From NCBI RefSeq assembly GCF_009834535.1, contig NC_045698.1, positions 1,924,001-1,988,000 on the forward strand: a stretch of DNA of 64,000 nt, written 5' to 3'. The stretch's first letter is position 1, and each line of letters starts with the position of its first letter. The DNA comes from Camelus ferus. Lineage: Eukaryota. The translations under genes and the position numbers were made by a program. The notes under the pieces were generated by a model, which was not told where the DNA came from, ran no database searches, and saw only the letters and a list, made by a program, of their open reading frames with translations. This document shows positions 58,135-64,000 of the stretch, piece after piece.

Positions 58135-58992
58135 TGACAAACGAGGGAAAAAGTGAATTTGCAAATGATATGACACTCACAAAGTTAATACCCTCAACAT
58201 ATAAAGGCCTCAAGAACAAATAGCAAAAGCAAACAGGAAAACAGACACAGAACACATGCAGTCTATGGAAAAGACACATGGACTTCAGCGACACGTGGAG
58301 GAATTGCTATGCCCCAGTGGTCAAATTTAGAGTTTCATGCATTTAAGCACAGGCAGGATTTTTCACCCTTCGGTTTAGCAAAGGTTTAAGGAAGAACCTT
58401 ATCTCTTATGGTGAACAGGATGGGAAAGAAATCATTTTCATACACTTTGGTGAGAACATAGACTGATACAAGCTTTTGGAGAATAATTTGGCAAGGTTTT
58501 TTTTTTTTTCCCCAAGCTTTAAAAATTTGCATACCCGGCAAAAACTGGATTTCTAGGAATTCGCCCCAAAAATCATTGGGCAAATGTGCAAAAATTTTAC
58601 TTAAGGATACTCATTTCAGCAACGTTCGTAATAGTGACAAATTAGCTCTGACTCCCAAAGTAGGGGGTTGGTGAGGCACAGAATGGTTTAGCACTAGCAT
58701 GGAATTCAATGTAGTCTTTAACACGAAAGGTGAGGACCTTCATTTATTGACGCGGAGGTATGTGCATAATGTTCTCTTATATTAAAAGTTACGAAATAGT
58801 GTGACCTCCCCCTGGTAAAACGCACAAGGAGAGACAAGAGGAAAACAAAAACCCGAAGGAAACCCGTGTAACTGGGGGCTTTGCAGAGGGGACCTGCGGG
58901 TCACAGAAGAGGGTTTTTTTTTTTCATGTTTCTGTGTTTGCTAAGTTTATTGGTTTACAATGAATATTTATTACTTTCATAATTAACAAAAA
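58135..58992 (+). mobile_element. Ancient L1ME-like ORF2 end and 3' UTR
   Basis: tcatacactttggtgagaacatagactgatacaagcttttggagaataatttggca ... ttctaggaatt ... acaatgaatatttattactttcataattaacaaaaa. Confidence 0.7.
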
Positions 58993-59010
58993 TCATTATT
59001 TCAATATTGA

Positions 59011-59108
59011 TTTGTTTCTTTCCTTTTTTGGTGGAGGGACTGGGGATTGAACCCAGGACCTCGTGCCTGCTGAGCACACACTCTACTGCTGGGCTACACC
59101 CTCCTCCC
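59011..59108 (-). mobile_element. Camelid tRNA-derived SINE (Vic-1 type)
   Basis: Minus strand gggaggagggtgtagcccagcagtagagtgtgtgctcagcaggcacgaggtcctgggttcaatccccagtccctcc plus an A-rich tail. A- and B-box-like motifs are present. Confidence 0.9.
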
Positions 59109-59892
59109 TGGTCATTTTATTCTCGGTAAAACATGGGTTGCCTGTTTGTGGCTCATGAGAGGTTAACAGTGACCGGGAATTATGTCTCTTGGCTAATGTG
59201 GCAGCTTCTTTCCACTTTTCTAGAGAGCTGTTTGCAATAAAGAACCAGCCCCTCCTCTGCTCTGTTTTAAACAGTCTCGGATCCAGGCTGTTTGCTTTCC
59301 TGACAACTTACGTGCCATCCAGCTTTGAGTAGCTATTTCTGGATCCAAGCTATTTTTTTCCTCTGGTCTCTTCATTTTTCACATTTCTTCTTCAGGGTGG
59401 AATGTGGAATGCATTTTATCTTTCTTTTAACTAGGAATAATATATTCCATAGTAAATCCCTCTTAAGTGGTCCATTCTTAAAAGGCCACCAAATGTTTCT
59501 ACAAATACTGGCAATCTTTTATTTCCCTTCTGAAAAATTTTCTTTGTATATGTTTTGAATCACTAGCCCTTTGAAGCTTTGGGAGGGTTCCATGCACAAA
59601 ACCTTACCTGAGCATTGCTTGAAGTGGTGAGTCTCTCGGAAGGACCTGAGGGCAGAGAGGGCCCCACCGGCACCTTGGCCTCAACCCTGAGTGTGGCTCA
59701 GGTGGCCCTCCAGTCATCACCAACCTTCCCGTGCCTAGCACTTGGCTGAGACGACTACCCTCGGGAGTCACAGAGGCTCAGGCAGGAAGGGGCGGTCCCT
59801 GGTGTATGCGTCTGCATCTGCATCTGCAGATTGAGATTTTAAAAAAATGAGGGAACAAATTATCCCTGCAATTTAAATTTTTTTTAACTACT

Positions 59893-59936
59893 TTGTTATT
59901 ATATTATTATTATTATTGTTATTATTATTATTATTT
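59893..59936. repeat. (TAT)n microsatellite, imperfect
   Basis: ttgttattatattattattattattgttattattattattatt. Confidence 0.92.
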
Positions 59937-62900
59937 TGCTTTTGTAATAAAGGAAGAGAGAAGCTCATCCTGCCCCCCTGGCTTTGGCTACCACAGCGGG
60001 CATCAGATATATACAGAACCCCGTGGGCTTGGAAGAGGACCGCAAAGTCTGGAGTCCCAGCCAGGGCAGGTGACTTCCCCGGGACACGGAGAAGAACAAG
60101 CCTACAGCCATCCTCTCACTGATCTCTGAGCTCCCCATGCCCTCATCCCTTCTAAGGTTTTACATTTAATTATTCATAATAATGCCCACGACTTAGCCAC
60201 TCTCAACGCTGTTCCGACACACTGCAGGGGCGTGTGAATACACATACGGCTGACGGCAGGGGCCTTGTCCGTTTCAGGGCAGAGCACAAAGTTGTTTTCA
60301 GGGAGGGTTCCATTTAGCTCTGGCCAAAATGCCTTTGACATCCCCTGGCCTGGGAACCCCTTTTGTTGGTTCTGAAGGGGTAAGTCCTAAAGGGACAATG
60401 TTTACACTCATGCTAGAATTAAGAGTGACGCTGGTCCTATTCTTTTCATTTATAAGAAGCAGAATGATAAAATTGTGAAAAACCAAATTAAAAAATGTCC
60501 AGTAAGAGCAGTTATGAAATGGAGAGGAAAAAATGCATGTTATGAAAAGGTATCATTTGATTTAAATTTTTCCTGACAAAACTCAACCTATAGCATTTCT
60601 GACTGTGAACTGCTCACCTGGGTAAATCTGATTCCCTGGATATACATACAGTGAGACCAGGTTCTGGATATTTACCCCAAAGTCACATCATTTGTTGTCT
60701 TAAATTCTCATCTCTCTTCTGAGTCACTTTTCACAATATTAGAACATAATTTCCACACAGTCCTATCCCCGTAATGACAGACAGACAGACAACGTGGCGG
60801 CTGTTTACAGATATTAATGGCCTGCTGAAACTGATGGAACAGGAGAAGTGCCAGGAGATGGGACTCTTTTAGGTGACACGGTGGCCGTGTTGAAAGCCGG
60901 TGTTTGCTGGCACCCTCCAAGTGCCAGCCTCCTTGCTAGATGAGTATTATGTTCGACATCGTCTCTTTAAATCTTCACAATGACATTGAAGTTATTATTT
61001 CCATCTGCCAAGTTCATCCTTTAAAAGGCAGATGAAGTGGGAATTCCATCTTCCCGTAATTGTTTCCAAAGGAGCCACCTTCCTGGTCTTTCTTTCCACC
61101 CCCGACTGACTCATCCTCAAGGGGAGAATGAGCAGCCCGAGAATCTGGGAGGGGGCGCGACCTTGTCCCGCCAATCATGGGACAAGATTCTCCCCCCTCC
61201 CTCTGAGCCACAGGGCTCTCGGGCAATCTTCTCTCTTCCCCATGTGGCCCCGAGTCTGCAGCCACACACGAGAGCCATGGCCCGTCTGTCTGTTTTGGGG
61301 AAGAACCTCAGGAAACCCTCTGGCTGGGGATCCGGTGCCCCTTGTCTAACCGCCTTCATCAGAAATCAGAGGCATGTTCTGCTTCCAGGCGCTGTCTTAT
61401 CCAGCGACTGGCTCTGAGACGGGAGAGAAGGGGTGGGTGGTCGTGCATAAGCTCCTTTAAACTCAACAGCTGTCCTACAATTAGGGGTGAGTGCCTGGCT
61501 GGGTGGCCTGGCAGGGAGCAGCCAGCGAAGGGGAGTGCGCTCACTCCCACCCAGACCGGACACTGAGGATTCAGGGTGAAGGGGTCGGCTGCTGGTCCTC
61601 TGATTATGGCCCTCAAGAAACCTTGGAGGACCCGATTCATTGTCCTGACCTTTCTTAGTTATTTATGATTCCCTCATCCTTCTCCGTAAACCCCAAAGTC
61701 CTGGTGAGTCGGGATGTGGATCAGCCAGGATTCCTCCTCAGCCAGCCAGGCAGACATGTTTGTAGAGCCCCCAGACGGAGCGGTGCCTCAGTTTCCCCTG
61801 GCCGCGGCTGGCCCCGGGACGGGGAGCCACCTGCACTGCAGGCCCCCCAGGGCCACTGTGTTTGTCAGGGGGCAGGTGGGTTGGATTAGCAGGGCCAGCC
61901 CGGCGGGAATGCCCAGGTAGGACTCCTCCCAGTGCAGAGCCGTGACGGACACAAGGCGTCTGCTCCAAGATCTGCGCTTTGCAGACATGGAGACACAGGC
62001 CGGGGGCTGCCGAGCGCATTTCCTGGGTGAGCCTGCAATCACTGGGGCCCAGAGCCAGCCCGTGGCTCACTAAGGGCCCTGCCTCTGTTCATCAGAGTGT
62101 CCCTGCCACCGCGGTTCCCATTCTCCTCTCTGCCTCACCTCTCCCGCGAGCATAAAGAAAGCTGACCTTCATGGCTTAGCCACCAGTTCAGTGCCCTACA
62201 AGTTCAGACAGTCCTCCCCTAAATCTGCGTTCCAGGCCTGTCAGTCCAGCTCCGTATTTCCCAGTCAGTCTGTATCCACACACAGGGCGGGGTCCCCCGG
62301 GGTGAGCGGGGCCCCGTCACGCTAGACCACGGCGCTGCGAGTCTCAGAGCAGCAGCGCGGCGGACCTCACAGACCCGCGTGCGCCCTCGTGACCTGCCCA
62401 CTCGTCAAAGTCCGTACAAGCAGATCAAAAGGCCTGTTGGAAAGCTGCACGGTGCTTTTCATAAATGATTACTCGAATATAGTTTCTCATGTCTTAATGT
62501 GGGACAGAAATTTCAGGTTTTAAACTCAAAGGCATCCTATCAAACTTCTCATCACTTTCCGATGGCCATTTATGTAGACACCATTATTCCCCCTGTGTCC
62601 TTGAGTTCAGCAAATTTACCACATAAGCTTCAGATTCTTCTACTTGGAAACTTTAGAATTATTTTCCCTATGTTTGTGTATAAATATGTAAAGACAAAAT
62701 CTGCCTCTCGTCTTAAAATTGTCTTGAAACCTTCCTGACTCACAGTGACCACTGGACACAGGCCAGCCTCGCTCTGTGAGCTGCTAAGCACCTGCTGTTT
62801 CACTTACGTGTCCAGTGAGAGCCCGACACCCGATGCCTGCTGCCTGGAGGCTTGTAACTTCCTCTCTTCTCAGGTCAGGACCCGCAGCCTCTTGTCTACA

Positions 62901-63497
62901 GGAGACGGGGCATTTCAAGTCCCTGGCTCTGAGCCTGATTTTGGAGAAAGGCTGGCTGCTGCATCCCGGAGTCCAACCCCCAGGACTGCCGGGGAGCCTT
63001 CTGCCAGCAGGGCAGGGTTCAATTTCAGTCTGCCCACAAGAACTTGGACTAGGTTTTCCAGTCCTTTCTGCACATAGGGTTCCGTGGGAGTGTGCTGTAA
63101 AGATACCAGCAAGCTAATAAGTACTGAGATTTTAGGATTGGAGGCTCCCTGATTGCCAGGAAAATACATCTGGTTGACCCCAAGCACTTGTCCTGTTGAG
63201 TGAATGCGCCTGGTGAGGGCAAGACACAGCCCAGTCTTTCTGGTCCACAGCAGACTTTATTTCATGGCCACTTGTAACATTTAAAGAAGTCTGGTTTGAT
63301 TTTTAACTCAGAGAACTGCATGTGCTCAGAGGGCGTGTAGTTTCCCCTTCCTGGGTTGACCACCCAGAGGTTCACAATAGAACCCAGCTTTCAGTTGATT
63401 TTTATTCTTTTCTGGGATTGATATTGTGGAAAATGCACATTTTCCCGTTAGTTGTTGACCTGAAGTGCTCACCACCACGATGGAGGCTTCCAGGACT

Positions 63498-63870
63498 GTG
63501 TTAACGAATTAAGTAGAATTTGTGACCTGCCCCATTGTAGCTGTATTTGGAGTAAGGAAATAATTAAGACTAAATGAGGTCATAGGGTGGGGTGCTTATC
63601 TAATAGGGTCAGGTCCTCATAAGAAGAGACACCAGAGCTCTATCTGTCTGTCTGTCTGTCTCTCTCTCTCTTTTTCTCTCCTCCTCTCTCTCCGCCTCAA
63701 TGTGCACCTTGTACCAAAGAAGGACAGAGAGGACCAAGAACAGGGTTCCCACCAGACACCAACCTTTTCAGACATTGGCGGACAGGGCACGTCTAAATTT
63801 TTCATGAAATAGAGAGCTCTGGGGAAGCAGATCAACTGCTTTAGCCACGTGGCCCCTTAGCGCTCCTTTC
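63498..63870 (+). mobile_element. MaLR LTR (MLT1A-like) with internal (TCTG)n(TC)n
   Basis: tgtatttggag ... ttaagactaaatgaggtcatagggtgggg ... gtcctcataagaagagacaccagagc ... caccagacaccaacc. Confidence 0.7.
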
Positions 63871-64000
63871 CTGCGCTCCGGGGTGGGCACACCTTGGGGG
63901 AGATCACTTCTGGGCATGAGCATCCCCATACAGAACAGGCGCTTCCTCCCTGGCGGGGGATCCGGCAGGTGTCCGATTTTTACCACATGCCGTGAGTAAT

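Noticed and set aside
1..64000. A novel multi-gene system or prokaryotic-type operon or defence locus
   Set aside because: The DNA is mammalian and repeat-rich. No ORF has a recognisable non-transposon domain and there is no operon-like packing.

Overview
This is mammalian, almost certainly camelid, non-coding genomic DNA. The taxon call rests on three copies of a short tRNA-derived SINE of the camelid Vic-1 type plus artiodactyl-type L1 3' ends, with no Alu, B1, SINEC, Bov-tA or PRE-1 seen. I cannot support any protein-coding gene, RNA gene or CRISPR array. The ORF track is explained by chance ORFs in GC-rich DNA, tandem repeats, and decayed L1 ORF2 fragments (notably 16.9-19.5 kb). The window is an intergenic or intronic mosaic of L1 fragments of several ages, MaLR/ERVL/ERV1 solo LTRs (two nested pairs), MIR/L2 relics, microsatellites and several minisatellites, including a ~22-copy 20/21-bp G-rich array. 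It also holds a CpG island at ~39.1-40.2 kb with no recognisable gene, and repeat-free islands dense in developmental transcription-factor motifs. The most striking signal is sharply bounded AT-to-GC rewriting inside ancient repeats: about 75% GC within an old L1 whose adjacent parts are 18-28% GC, as expected from strong local GC-biased gene conversion. I found no convincing new biological system. Repeat subfamily names come from recalled consensus similarity, not a database search, and boundaries are approximate unless a target-site duplication (TSD) is given.
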